Counted from the whole stretch's first letter, positions 13,592 through 26,645 are shown. The stretch: 61,746 nt of DNA, filler included, from Choristocarpus tenellus KU-1152 (GCA_964200185.2; 13 parts of 13 records of this genome joined end to end with filler, not necessarily neighbours in it); one strand, 5' to 3'. Numbers and translations: made by a program. Notes: generated by a model not told the origin, from the letters alone.

Positions 13592-13951
13592 GTGGTGAAG
13601 AGAATCACCCGGCAAGACGGACCACACGAAGAAGGACGAACCGTAACCAAGGGTACGAGGTTAAGGTTGGACAAGTGCAAATTGAGGAGAGATGAGCACC
13701 ATCGAGATGGGGCTTCATCATCAGTCAAGACGTGAGAATAAAGTGGATCTTCCATGTGTGACAACTCTGAATGAGGAGCTGTCCCAAGTCTATGGGATTG
13801 GTGACATGAAGAAATTCCATGGTTTCATTCTGACAGAAAGACTGTCCGTGAAATCATGGACTATTGACTGGGAACCTCAATCGGTACCACGGTATAGCGG
13901 TATATGACATAGGCAATAACGGTATAAGAACAGGCAAACATGCTTTCCACA
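13592..13951 (-). mobile_element. LTR of the same Gypsy family, reverse orientation
   Basis: 13918-13951 (ACGGTATAAGAACAGGCAAACATGCTTTCCACA) is the near reverse complement of the LTR start at 13422. Confidence 0.75.
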
Positions 13952-14005
13952 GATGCACACATTTATTTATGTCATTATCCATCATTATTGTATACTATTT
14001 TTATT

Positions 14006-14061
14006 CTATACCCTCTGACATTTTGCAGATGTGTCAGGGGAAACCAATGAAAACTATACAT
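14006..14061 (+). repeat. Short hairpin-containing dispersed repeat, family C (other copies ~14476-14537 +, ~16817-16868 -, ~7124-7150 -)
   Basis: CCCTCTGACATTTTGCAGATGTGTCAGGGGAAACCAATGAAAA; CTGACA/TGTCAG stem. Confidence 0.7.
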
Positions 14062-14699
14062 AATGTGAGTAGCCAGCTCATCCAGGAAGCATTCCGCTTG
14101 CTTGCTGAGGCGCCCAAAACTTTCCTTATTTCTTTATTTATGTCATTATCCATCATTATCATCATCATCATAGTTCTTCTAATCAGGTAGAGGGAGAAGT
14201 ATAGAGACGAACGTATTAGAGAGAGAGCATTATACCTAAGTAAGACCCCAACTTCGTTCTACAGTCATAGAAATGCGTTCCGATAAAAATATACACTCGG
14301 GAGTAAATATTATTGTTAGAATAGTTGCTAGATTCTTTGCACAACGACAATTGACCTACAAGACACACCACCCCTGTAATTTTCCTTACAAAATCTTGAC
14401 AGCTATACCTTCTGGAAAGCCCCTCCCTCACTACCAGCTCCTTCGACAGACTACGATAAAACTAATTTGTATTATTATGCCCTCTGACATGCTGCAGATA
14501 GATGTGTCAGGGTGGAAACCAATGAAAACTATACATATATATATGTCGCTATTAGCCCTAAAGAAATATAACATCCTAACGTAAGAAAACTATTAAACTA
14601 CTATACATATAGCAGCCACGCATATATATGTAGCAGGTTAAAGGAGTCAAAGAACGATCTTGAATCCATCCAAGCAATGTGAAAATGACACTTTTTTTT

Positions 14700-14942
14700 C
14701 GTGATAGAGCTGGTGAGTTTGAGCCTCGATTAATTCCAAAAGGAGTAAGGAGATTCAATGGTTTTGATGAGAAAGTTATTTCTCTTTACAGTCGTAGTGG
14801 TATGACAACTAGTGAAATATAAGGACATTTAGAAGAAATTTATCATACCAATATATCTAAAGATCTTATATCAACAGTAAGTGATGGTATAATAGAAGAA
14901 GTTACCAAATGGCAAAATCGTTCTTTAGATAATGTATTTTTT
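14700..14942 (+). pseudogene. Bacterial IS256-family transposase fragment (N-terminal region)
   Basis: RDRAGEFEPRLIPKGVRRFNGFDEKVISLYSRSGMTTSEI*GHLEEIYHTNISKDLISTVSDGIIEEVTKWQNRSLDNVF matches the IS256 RDR.G.FEP...ISLY..GM...EI..HL.EIY...S...IS...D....V..WQ.R.L motif; one internal stop; AT-rich. Confidence 0.9.
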
Positions 14943-15156
14943 GTGACATCAAGAAAATAGACAACTATATATAGGAGGTAAAGAACAGAAATACAATTAT
15001 ACATACTACTATGAACTATCAACCATTTCCCAAGTTGTTCTTGGTCGAATCTCTTGCGATCATTGTCCTCTACCAAACTTATCAGGGAACTATCTCCTCT
15101 GAAGACGCTAAAGGAGATACAGGGGTGAATCACGCGCTTGTCGCGACAACACCAAC

Positions 15157-18100
15157 ATGCCTGAGCGCAAGAAAAAGAAGGTGGCTTACCGGATGTGCTA
15201 CTGGGGCTACAAGGCTTTTCAGGTTGCTCGTGTGTGCTGTGGGGATCCGTCCGCTGTAGCTGAGCTCCTATTGGAGGGCCTCGCGGGTACCGTTACAGAA
15301 GAGGTGTGCACTGTCGCGGTGGAGCATGTGTTAGAGGGGATGACGGAAAAGTACGGAAATCCCGACTCGATCGCGGAAAACTCGAACTTCGGAGAATTCG
15401 CCAACGATCTCGCTGAGCAACTGGCATATAGTGTGAGTGATTTCGAAGGGGACAAGGACAGTGAGGAAGAGGATTATGAGGACAATGAGGAGGAGGAAGG
15501 TTATGCCATCGATGAAAATCTGAGGGAGGTGCAGGAAATATTCAACTTGTTCGTCGAGGTGGATACGGATAGGTCTGGCACGATCTCCCTGGAGGAGTTT
15601 CTTTCTTTCGCAATTTATGTGGGCATGGACGAGGAAGAGGCTCACCGGACCTTCTTCTTGGCATGGCAGTGGTAGGTCTTGTGAGTGGCCAGCTTTCATT
15701 AATGCTGTTGTCATGGTCCCGGATGATTTCCTCACTCAATACTCAATGTAAATTCCCAATCCTCTGCCCAATCAGGTGACATTTGTTTCCTGGAGTGGAC
15801 GTACATAATGATGGGCGGTGCTGGCCGTGATCCTAATCCCGAGTCATTCAACTGTGCGGGTCATCACGGGCTGGAGCCCTACGATGTGCCTTTTACCGGT
15901 TATCGGTGCGATTTTTGTGGAGACGAGCTGGACAAAGGAGCTCCCGCGTTCGGATGCCGACGCTGTGACTGTGACTCATGCCTGAGCTGCCTGCAGAGTC
16001 ACTTCCCTAGGATGAACACCGATTCATATTCCTTCAACTGCGGGGCATGCCACGGTCTGAAAAAGTTTGTGATCCCTGGTGATTCATATTCCTGCGACTG
16101 GTGCGAGGCCGACATCCCTAGGGGTGGAATCGCGCTCAGTTGCCGCCAATGCAACTGCGACGGGTGCGAAAACTGCGCAGCGCAGGACTTGACCGCGACT
16201 TCCACTTCACCAGGCGCTGCAGCGTTAAATTGCCAGCTGCATCACGGGTTGGAACTAAATCACGTACCCACCATCTACGGCTGCGACTTTTGCTACCAGT
16301 TAGTCGGTGCCGGTAGTGCCATGTTCTCGTGCCGGATTTGTAACATTGATGCCTGCGTACCTTGCATGTGGGCGGACAGTCGTCGTGCTCAAGAGCACGG
16401 AGGCAGGCTGAATTGTGTGGGCGGCCATGGGCTACGACCTTCCAAGGCACCTATGACTGCCAAGCAGCTTCAATGCAACTGGTGTCAAAGCTCCCTTCCT
16501 CCTGGCTCTATAATTTATGGGTGCAGGTGAGACTACAAAGTTATTTCTTGGTACACATAGTATTTCAAACCAGATGGAATACTCTCAAAACAAAAATGTT
16601 GGAGAAATATTTGATGAACGTTATGGGGAGTAGTTGATCAATGAGAAACAATTCCTTCTTACATACAAAGTACGATTGGGGGCGTAGGGCTAAGCTAAGT
16701 TGGAGACATAGGAGGGGAGTGGTGTAGCATAGTTGGTAGTAAAATAGCCAATAGAAAGATGTCTTTCACATTTACGACAATTGTTACTTTTTCAGGGGTT
16801 CTGAAATTTAATTGACTTTTCATTGTTTTTTCCCCTGACACATCTACAAAATCTTAGAGGGCATAATATATAAATACAGGGGGAAAGCCAATTCATTATC
16901 ATAAGAAACCCTATTACTATTAAATACTTCATTGTTTTTATCGCTTCGATGCCTTTTCCCTTTTATATTTCCTGTTTTTCTTACATGGCAATTTCCATAA
17001 TGTCTGAAGAACAACAATAAATAAATAATACAGGAAATGAAATGTCATGTAATACCGTAGCTGATATACAGTCTTTGTGTGGTTGGATATATTTGTTTTA
17101 TTCTACGCATCTTAAGACGTGGTATTTCCTCTTCCCTGGTGTCTATTATGTTGTAGTATTTGTTTTGCTGCCTTCTCCCCTTCATATTTCATTTCATTTC
17201 CAACATTACAATCCTTACCCTGTGATGACGCATAATGACATCAAAAATATTGAAGTGTGAGAGTTTATGTATTGAGTATATGGGGTTATTTACTATATCT
17301 ACTCACATTTTGATATTACTCTTGTTGTTGGTGTGGACCAAGAGAAATTACGACTAAAATCAGATCAGAGTCAAAGCATCTTAGAGGGTAGAGGTGCGTC
17401 CCTTTGGGGGCCAAAATCCATTGTTGCGATTTTGATGTAATTTTGGGTATATCGTGCTTGTCAGGAAGTGTGAATATTATTGTTCGGACACACCTTTTCA
17501 TAAGGTACACACGTTTTACCTTCTCTGAAACATTTCGGAGTAGGTAAAATGTTACAACCCCCCCCCGAGGGAAGTCCAGCCCCAATCGGACTAACAGGTC
17601 AAAAATCGTACCCTTTAAGCTACTTTCACTCTCACTTCGACAAACATTTCAGACTTTTTACGGGGCTGGGGAGTGGTTCACATGTCCACTGTCGGCCTAT
17701 ATGGCCACCAGCCAGTCCATGGGTCGGCCATGTTGAAACGGTCGATTGCCATGGGCTGGGTCATGTTCGAACTTGGTTGTATAAGGCCAGCTGGCGGCCA
17801 CGATCATGTTGAAACGGTTGATGGCAGTTGACTGGGTCATGTTCGAACTTGGTTGGACATGGCTGACTGGGGTCCCTGGTGATGTTGAAACGGTTGACGG
17901 CCATGGACTCGGCTACGTTAGAACATTTTATCTATCCCCCCAGCCACGCAACACTTTTTTTACATTGGAGCTAATTACATCATGATCATGCCTCCCTATT
18001 AACCATTTTCTCTGCTCGTATCTTGCATCCTGTACTAGTACTACTGTATGTACTGAATAATATAATATATACACAATATTTCACTATCACTTTCTATTTT

Positions 18101-18701
18101 ACCATTTTACTATTTTACTTTTTTAGAGACTATTAAAAAGCCAAAATTAAATATAAACATACCGTTGTGTGTTTGGTGTTTGGGTGGGTGAGGTGATTTG
18201 TGACTTCAACGTGTGTTTTGACCCTAGTTGGTGTCATGCTTCTGACCACTGGTCTTGACTAGGTTGTGTTTACCTAGATTCCTATTCCCAGACCAAAGTG
18301 CAGACAATAACATAACGCTCGATCGTTTTCTATTTTTTATATTGAAACTATCTCGAAATACGTCTTCAAGGGGTTTTATTGTACTTTCTAAGGTTAGGAT
18401 TGCTGCAAAGCACATACGTATTCCCACACAGGATGTTAAATTCTGACTTCATCATCGGCAGTATTACCAGTTGCACGTCTTTTTCCCTCTTTGGAATGCT
18501 ACTGACCCTTGGCATCACCTTGATCTAAATATGTTTTGCTGCAGGGCTTGTAGCGCCGATGGTGCTTCCGAAGTCGCTTGCAAAATTTGCCATGACAAGG
18601 GACTGAGCCGGGCAAGCCAGCCCCCTACGAGATCTAGTTCAGGACGCTGGGCTCCGTCCCATGGGACATTTTCTTCCGAGGTGCACTGGGGAGATGAATA
18701 G
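15157..18701 (+). CDS. Protein with acidic region, two EF-hands and four tandem Cys/His fingers (ZZ/DC1-like); exons 15157-15671, 15776-16526, 18545-18701 (or to 18680); apparent frameshift at ~15664
   Basis: DTDRSGTISLEEF EF-hand; second loop GS|GDICFLEW across the intron; repeats NCxxxHGL...CDxC...CRxCxxDxCxxC; fourth finger completed by the 18545 exon (CR|ACSADGASEVACKIC). Confidence 0.75.
17368..17631 (+). mobile_element. MITE family A, full intronic copy
   Basis: GAGTCAAAGCATCTTAGAGGGTA ... TACCCTTTAAGCTACTTTCACTC; TCA on both flanks. Confidence 0.85.
17700..17925. repeat. Tandem repeat, ~77-bp unit, ~3 copies
   Basis: ATGTTGAAACGGT.GA...CTGGGTCATGTTCGAACTTGGTTG recurring. Confidence 0.75.
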
Positions 18702-19533
18702 GTTGACTTCGTCCTAATATGCGCTGGGTAGGCGGTCAGCTTGGTTTTTCCATGTTGCGTGGCGGTATCATGTACCCTCCAGAAAAAATATTAGACATAA
18801 GAAAGGATGCAGCAAGAACATCTAACCTTGCAACCGTCAAGTGACTTGCTTTGTTTTAAGCACCATATGTACCGTTTGAACTATTAAACATGACCCAGGG
18901 ATGTTACAGGCGAATAGTACGAGCATTTCTTCTCGTTTTCTAACAAGCGCGAGCAGTATACGAGATTAGTAGCACATAGGTAGCCTTACAGAATAAACGC
19001 TGATTCGTTAGAAGATGCAGAGTAAGATTCGTAATTCATACGTAACCTTACAGAAGAAACGTCGGAGTTCCTAGAAGTTGCAGAATAAAGGTTTATGACT
19101 GGAGTATGTATACAGCAGTAAGTCAAAAGAAAATGGGTTGACGATGATAATAATAAAAGGACTTTTGGACACATCGTCCATCGTCCCCTTATAAAAACAA
19201 TATTTTTTATCTTGAACGAAACATTGAATCGAGCTTTGAGCTACGTACTGAGTGGAGTATCGAGAGAAGGCTGTCTGGCACCCAAGAAACTGTTACCAAG
19301 GGCAACTCCCCCATAGCGTCATTTTAAGGTCGTTGGAATTGAGTTGCACATCCTGTGGAGGTGAGTTGTGGAGCGTGCTGTAACAGAGATATTAATACTC
19401 CAGTCCAGGAATTGTGTATATTTGTGGATGAGAGAAGAGTGACTCTGAGTCTGTTGATAGAGGTCAACTAACCATTTCGAGGATTTTTGTGTGTACTGCC
19501 TCCTGCCCCCTCCACCCTCACCTGTTTGAACAG

Positions 19534-20262
19534 GCAAGCATGAAGCACCCGATGGGTTCCCTGGTGCGAGTGCAGAACATATCACATGCTCCAAACCTTA
19601 ATGGTCGCCTCATGACGGTGCGATTTATCACCATATCTACTCCCTACTCTTGGTGCTGCATACTGCAGAAACGCTGTAGAACATACTTGATAATATACAT
19701 GACTGCACACGTCTGGTAGTGCACGTAATAGGATTACCTATACCCAAGCAACACGAAGAAAGGATGGGGGAGAGGGTGTGAAAACTGCCACAGCAAAGTA
19801 GAATACTCTCAAGATCAAACGCATTGTGTGCATTATGCTGCCATTCATGCGAGGGATACTACTTTTATTTCCCTTCATCTCTCTTTCCTTCATCTATTTC
19901 CGCCCAACCCCTTGCCTCGTCACTGTTAATTCATGCCCACTCCCTCGATATCACATTCCTCTTTCTGAATACTCCATTCCTTACACATTGCTCTACGGTT
20001 CAACTGTCCCTGACTGACTCTGTATCCATGGCTGGCTGGATTTGCCTCACAATCACTTATTCTCCTCCTCCAAAACATAAAATATGCGACACGAACAACA
20101 CAATGCCTCGCTCTCTCTTGTTTGCTGGATATACAGGTAGTGGGGTTTGATGCAATAAGCCAGTGTTATCAGCTGGAGTATGGCGGCCGCCATGGTCAGA
20201 TTGAGGTGTTCTCGGTACGCCCAGAAAGTGTCTACTCTGCTGGTGGATTTCTCTTGAACTAA
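19534..20262 (+). CDS. Terminal exons (19534-19617, 20137-20262) encoding an SH3-like small beta-barrel; possibly the 3' end of the EF-hand/finger gene
   Basis: GSLVRVQNISHAPNLNGRLMT|VVGFDAISQCYQLEY...FSVRPESV...*; phase-0 junctions compatible with a GT donor at 18681. Confidence 0.55.
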
Positions 20263-21654
20263 ACAAAGTGTTATTCTCTCTTATTAATACAAAAGTCAAG
20301 AGTAATGCAAAACCAAAGGGAGCAAGAGGGACGGAAGAAGGGGATGAGGAGTGGGATGGACCATTCTGTGCTACCAATTGTGTCAAAAAAATATTCTCTC
20401 TCTGGCGTTGCTTTTAGTATCCAGAAAAGGATAAGAAAAGAAAGAGGTGTGTATAATGTTGAGGTCCGTAATTGTTTGGGCATAGTTGACCGTTCAATCT
20501 ATATTGACGTTATGTACTCGGAATGGAAATATGCAATAGTATACATTTGGAGCAATAACACCCAGTTCTGTCGAGGGTGTGGGATTGAGGTATTTATTTT
20601 CCCTTGTCAGCGATATACAGAGGGGAGTAAGGGATTATAAAGGTTAATGGCAAATACAAAGTAGGGTAGATGGATGATCAACGATTTGCTTTGATGACAG
20701 GACAACGTACGGGAGAGAGGGTGGAAAGGAGGGAGGAACTGGTGGTTAAGCACGGAGAAGGGAACAAGGTCAAGACGGTATGTCTCTGGGAAGTATGATC
20801 AATTAGGAGAGTGAAAGGAAGAGAGGACCTAATCGAGATGGAGGACTGAAGAGAGTCAAACACGAGTCAGAGGCAATGAAGGGCCTTGGGAACGAGTGTG
20901 GGGTTAATATTATGTACGTAGTATAAGATGGGGGTTGACCTTTTGTGGTTTGTGGGAGTCAGGGAAATTTTCATAATATTTCGTGATTGGTTCGTGACTT
21001 CATATGTGCAACTGTTGTCGAGTGAAACCTGACAAATTGGACAGAAATTCTTCATCCCTAATTACCATCTGACTCTATGAAGGAGCATGTGGCATGTTGT
21101 GGCCAACAAGTAATTCTCTTATATAGTATGTGGTAATTCCAGAAACAATCTGTCCAAATCAGGGATAACTGGCCGCTTATGCTGGAAGTAAACAGGAATG
21201 GTCATGGTTGAAGTACTGCTGGAATTCATGAGGTGATGGGACAGACATGCATGTGTGCAGTTGTATATACACATTTCTTGTAAGTGTGCAACATTGTTGC
21301 TAAGACTCTGGAACTATAATATGAGCTTTTTTGATATACTTCGGTATTACATCAGTTGGAATACTCTTCAGATGTTCGGTTCAATTTAAAACACTCAAAC
21401 AACAAATAATAACACTCAGGAAAAAAAATCCGTCATGACTGCAACGGGGTCGTTAGGGGCACGGTATTATAATAGAGTTCAGTAATCAATACAACACAGA
21501 GCTTCCTTAGCTCCCCCCCCAGAGGCACGGGAATAGGTAGATGGGAAGATAAGGNNNNNNNNNNNNNNNNNNNNNNNNNNNNNNNNNNNNNNNNNNNNTT
21601 AATTAATTAANNNNNNNNNNNNNNNNNNNNNNNNNNNNNNNNNNNNNNNNNNNN

Positions 21655-23336
21655 CGCCTTGCCTGGACTCTGTCTCCTCGAGAGCAACCTCCAGCTCTGT
21701 ACACCTCACACCCTCGTCCCTTAGTCTGGTCTCTGCCTCGGTCAGCTGTATGAGGGACAGTGCAACAATACACAATCAGACTTAGGGTTAGGGTCAGATG
21801 GGAGATGAGAGTGTCAGGGATGGGGGGGTATACCTCTGAAGATGTGGACAAAGTAGTTTGTTGTTGCTTGCGGGGTACTGGAACTGTGCTCTGGAGCAAC
21901 TGTAGTGGTCGTACATCGGTACTGACTGGCTCTCTCTTGAATCGTTGTTCACTGTTTTTTGGCCTGGCAGAGTGTGTTTGCGCTGTGTTCATTTTTTTAT
22001 TTTTGTTATTGTGTGCTGATGTGTTTCTTGCCTCAAATACATACATATATATACATAAATATATACGTATGTTTAATAATTTGTGTCTTCTTATGGTACT
22101 ACTGTCTCGCATTCCATTCCATTCCATTCCATTATTGAATCATTGCTGCATTGCTCTTGTCCTACGTACACCCCCCATTGTACTCCATCCCTCTACCAAA
22201 TAACCTGTTACTTTCCAAGCCCTCAACACAACACCGGCAAACTTCATCACCATCACCATCACCATCACCATCACCATCACCATCACCATCACCATCAACA
22301 TCACACAAGGAACATTCTGCAGGGTCTGAGAGCACTCCACCACCGTACCACCCTCACCCTCCCCCCTCCCCCTTCCTTCCCGCTGATGCCCAGAAAAAAA
22401 ACCCTTACCGCCCAACAATCCCCAAATCTCTACAACTCCTCACCTTTTCCCTCCACCTGACTTCCTCTGCCTTGAGAGACGACAGGGCCTCTGTCTGAGT
22501 GTCTAGTGTGTGCTGCAGCCCATCTCGTTCTGCGTCCAGATCCCTCAGTGCTCCCTTCAGTTGCTCCACCTGAGAGGGTGGTGAGCGTCCATTGTCTGAG
22601 GTTAGGGTCAGGGACACTACGCTATTATTACCTATTACCAAGCGATTCAATCTCCTCTAACTGAAGTGTTTTTTTGCTTTGATTTTGTTTTGATTTTGTT
22701 TTGATTTTGTTTTTTGCTGTGGTGCAAGTCAAGAAAGAGTGCCAATGCCATGGAACAAACAAAATAACAAACGTGTTTTTTTTTTAAATATATATATATT
22801 TTTTTTAATAATTTTTTTTTATTTTAAATTTGATATTTATGTTAAGAGATTACACACCTGGGGGATAATCTTTTAATCGCTCAAATCAAAAGCAAAAATA
22901 AAAAAATGGATATATATATATATATATATATTTATTTTAAAGAAAGTTTTCATTCCGATGCAAACTACACAATTCCAAACCTTTTTCAATAAAAAAAAAA
23001 AGAACTTTATACTCAGAAAAAAAACATTAAGAGCATTTTCGGACTATTCTGGTTGCATCATATCGCAGACGCGGCCAGCTCGTCTCCTCTTATTTTTCTC
23101 CATTAAAAGTTCCTTTCATTCGATAAAAACAAAGAGAATGATCTTGATAGGGTTAGGGTTCTCGCTTCCATGATATTAACCTTATTGACTACTCTCACAC
23201 AATAACAACAGGACAAAAGCAAAAGCTACTTTATATGAACTCCCTGTACCTTTTGATGGCACCTTTAGACGATCAAAAGTCTATTCTAACTTACCGTGTT
23301 ACCGCACCGAATTATCGACAAAAAAGGGTACACTGT

Positions 23337-23370
<34 letters not shown>

Positions 23371-23463
23371 AACACGCCTCAATCTAAAGCACAAAAAAGG
23401 GTCAATAGTCATTATCAATAGGAAGCTAAACAACACTACATCAATAGTAAAGCATATACTAAA

Positions 23464-23494
<31 letters not shown>

Positions 23495-23531
23495 TTCACA
23501 TTAATCTTTGATCCAAGTCAGCACACACACT

Positions 23532-23571
<40 letters not shown>

Positions 23572-23750
23572 TGGATAATATCTCTTGTCCAAGGTACAGC
23601 AAGTAAGCACTACCTCACCTCAACCCGCCAAGACTCAGCCTCCCTCCCAGCCGCATCTTGGGCTGCAGCCACCTTTCCTGCCCTGGACTCCGCTTTCCTG
23701 AGCGAGGCCCGTGCCTGCTCTTCACTTGCCTTAAGGGTTTCCCTTTTTGG
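21655..23750 (-). CDS. Long coiled-coil protein, CEP135/BLD10-like, internal exons ~23619-23750, ~22458-22569, ~21655-21744
   Basis: VEQLKGALRDLDAERDGLQHTLDTQTEALSSLKAEE resembles the CEP135/TSGA10 D.E+D.LQ...D..TE segment; other exons are heptad-rich with canonical splice sites. Confidence 0.5.
22245..22303. repeat. (CATCAC)n intronic microsatellite
   Basis: About 9-10 hexamer units. Confidence 0.95.
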
Positions 23751-26524
23751 CAAGAAGAGGCATTTAGCTTTTGGTTTGAGGAGGGTGATGAGGGGATGGG
23801 GTGCTGAGGGGCAGGATATACCTTATATCTTAGAATAACTACACTTGCTTTAGAAGGAGTCTCATTTGGCACATTGCTTTGACCCCTACATGAAGTATCC
23901 CACGGCCCTCAGACCTCTCTGCTGACATTCAAAGACAGGAAGTTTTAAAAGAACAGAATGGAGAGTGAGGACAACTGAAGGGTGTGGTTCGTGATGGGAT
24001 GCTTGTGCCCTTGTGAGGGTGGTGGGCTTACGTGCTAGATGGAGGAATGGGGGGGAGAGGGTGGGGGAGAGGGGGGGAGAGGGGGGGGTGGATTGGAATG
24101 GTGAACTTTTGGCTGGACAACAATATGCCCGTTTAAAAATGATTTTTAGAGAGCAGTGAGAAAAAATATGCCTTTGGGTGAAGGCTGCTGGGGTAGTGTA
24201 GGATTTAGTGCATGTAGTAAGAGTGGCAGATAAAGGAGAACAGAGGTATGGTGCGTGAGGTAAGCAGCCAGGCGGAAAGAGTGCTGGATCATCTCTTTTT
24301 TTGGTGGTCTGTGTGGAAGATGTGAACGTAGGCGGATAGTAAATAGTTGGGTGAGGGAGGAGTAGGATTTGATAGGGGTGGGGGAGGGATGATCATCCTA
24401 AGTATAGTGAGTCAAGTGTGCCATAGTTAAAAGTCTTCTGAGTTCTATGGGGTTTTGAGGGGCAGCTCCTTAGTTTTTTTGACATGGGAGAAGGGAAGGT
24501 GGAGCAAACCAATCGATCTGTTGGATGAAAGGAATGGAGGAAGAGTCCCTTCCTTCCCTACTTTTTACTGGACTTGAGTCGGAATAGGTCGTGTGCGGTC
24601 GAGTTGTTGGATGGAGATAAGAGATGAGGTGGAAGACAAGATGTCTTTGTGTTGTTGTTGGTGGTGGTGGTGAGCTTTATCTTTCATTATATTAATGCGA
24701 AACTATTTGCTGTGTGGAGTTTATTGCATGTATTCTCTGCATGTGCATACACTCAACAGGAGCATAATAAATAGAACGTAAGGTGTTAGTGATAAAAACA
24801 ATTGAGGCTGGTAACACACATTTCGTGGAGAAAAAACACAATTAATTTCTTTCCTCTCTGGTCGCATCATCTATTCTCGCATAGGCGGAATGGATTAAGA
24901 TCGGAAGTTCGCATGTTACACCATACTTCAGAGCACTTAATCTCATGTGGAAGTCGCAGTGGCAGGCGGCATGGCAGAGGACCTGGAGTCCTTCACTCAA
25001 TATTTTGTGGTGACAGTGTGAACTTCCGCTGGATAAGAGTAGCCTCTTCTTGAATACGCTGAAGCGTATCGGATCGGGTGTGTACGAAATGAGCCTCCTT
25101 CAAATCAGTTTTTTTTGTGGCGACAGTCTGCCTGCAAATCGGTCTGTTTAGTCAACGATCGACTGTTTTCGAAAATGTACTACTGTACAGGAAGTTTTTA
25201 AAAATTATTCTACATATTTAAGTGGTAAAAAATAATGATATATACATGTATCAAAAGCTGTGGTAAAGACACAGAGGAGCACACTGTATCAATAGTGCAT
25301 TCCCCCCTCCCTACATCTTCTCATTTCTTTGAACACTTTAGTGTCTTTGTTGTTTTTGCTTGATTTTTATCCTGCCTTGGGTTACTAACTCTAAACTAGA
25401 AGTTTCTTTGGTCCACCTACCCACCAAACCCTTGAGCTGATACTACTCCCAAGGTGGACCTTCAGACAAAGCAGTCAAAGCCAATCTAGGTGGACTGGGT
25501 CAGGGCAACAATTCAGGCGTCCCTGAAAAAGCCAGCCAACCCACAAGGACTTGATCAGCCCAATTGAGACGGCCCGCAGCTGACCCTAAAACTGGAGCAT
25601 GGAAGGCAATAGAACATATTGCAATAGTAGACAAAATATAGGGTTAGGGGCTTCTGCAAGCAAGGGTGTACTGCAGAGAGTCCCCCATAGATGATGAAGT
25701 CCAATAAATGCATTGACATGAGTACTACACAAGTCAGATAAGAGGACTTGTGTTTCCCAAGCATGTATTATATACTGGTGACCAAATGTAACATTCTTGT
25801 ATAATCTCAAAGAAGCACATACACACACACACACACACACAAGGTTTGTTCTAACCTTCCTCAGCATACTCAACTGGCTCCACCACAGTAACCACCCAAG
25901 TCTCCCCGTAAGCAATGCCGTTTGATTCTGTGAACCATTGACAAAGAGAGTGCAAAGTCACACATTCCAGGAGTTCACAAAAATTTACGCCATTTGTATG
26001 GAACACCCCACCACAGATTCACTGCCTTCACCACAAGGAAGGGTTCGAGACTCCAATCGTAAGGTCCTTGGAGAAGAAAGGGTCCATCCGGAGGAAGCTA
26101 AAAGGGAACATTTCACACAGGCGAGAGCCTACCCAGACGGGAGATTTTGAAAGGCAGTGCAGATATTCCGACAACCTCAAGACAGTTGGGAGCTCAGAAG
26201 ATTCCCAGCGTGTTCTCTGACTGCTGCTCGAAGGGCTTCATGCACCTGTGAAATATGGATAGTGAACCCAACCCCGTGCCCCGGCAATTGTCAAGGGAGA
26301 GCAACCCCCGAAAGAGATGAATAAACGAGGTCAAAGCCAGAAGAACACGGCGAGTCAACCCAGAGACAGTGGGATAATGAAGTTGACGCATTCATGAGAG
26401 GTAAAACAATGTATCCATCTATATATTCTATTCTTTGCTCGTTTGATGTTACACCATGACAGATCTGAAGACTCTCAACACGCTACACCTATAGGTGAAA
26501 CCACAAGGCTGGTTTGCAGATTAT

Positions 26525-26545
26525 GGGTCAAAGTATCTGGGGGGG
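26525..26545. mobile_element. MITE family B, terminal fragment
   Basis: GGGTCAAAGTATCTGGGGGGG at contig end. Confidence 0.75.
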
Positions 26546-26645
26546 NNNNNNNNNNNNNNNNNNNNNNNNNNNNNNNNNNNNNNNNNNNNTTAATTAATTA
26601 ANNNNNNNNNNNNNNNNNNNNNNNNNNNNNNNNNNNNNNNNNNNN

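Noticed and set aside
14476-16868. Pack-MULE-like element with family C copies as TIRs around IS256 and the EF-hand gene
   Set aside because: The right copy lies inside an intron of a gene that continues to at least 18680; no TSD seen.
22083-22498. Poly-His and (SP)n ORFs, also poly-His at 34989-35294
   Set aside because: Translations of microsatellites.
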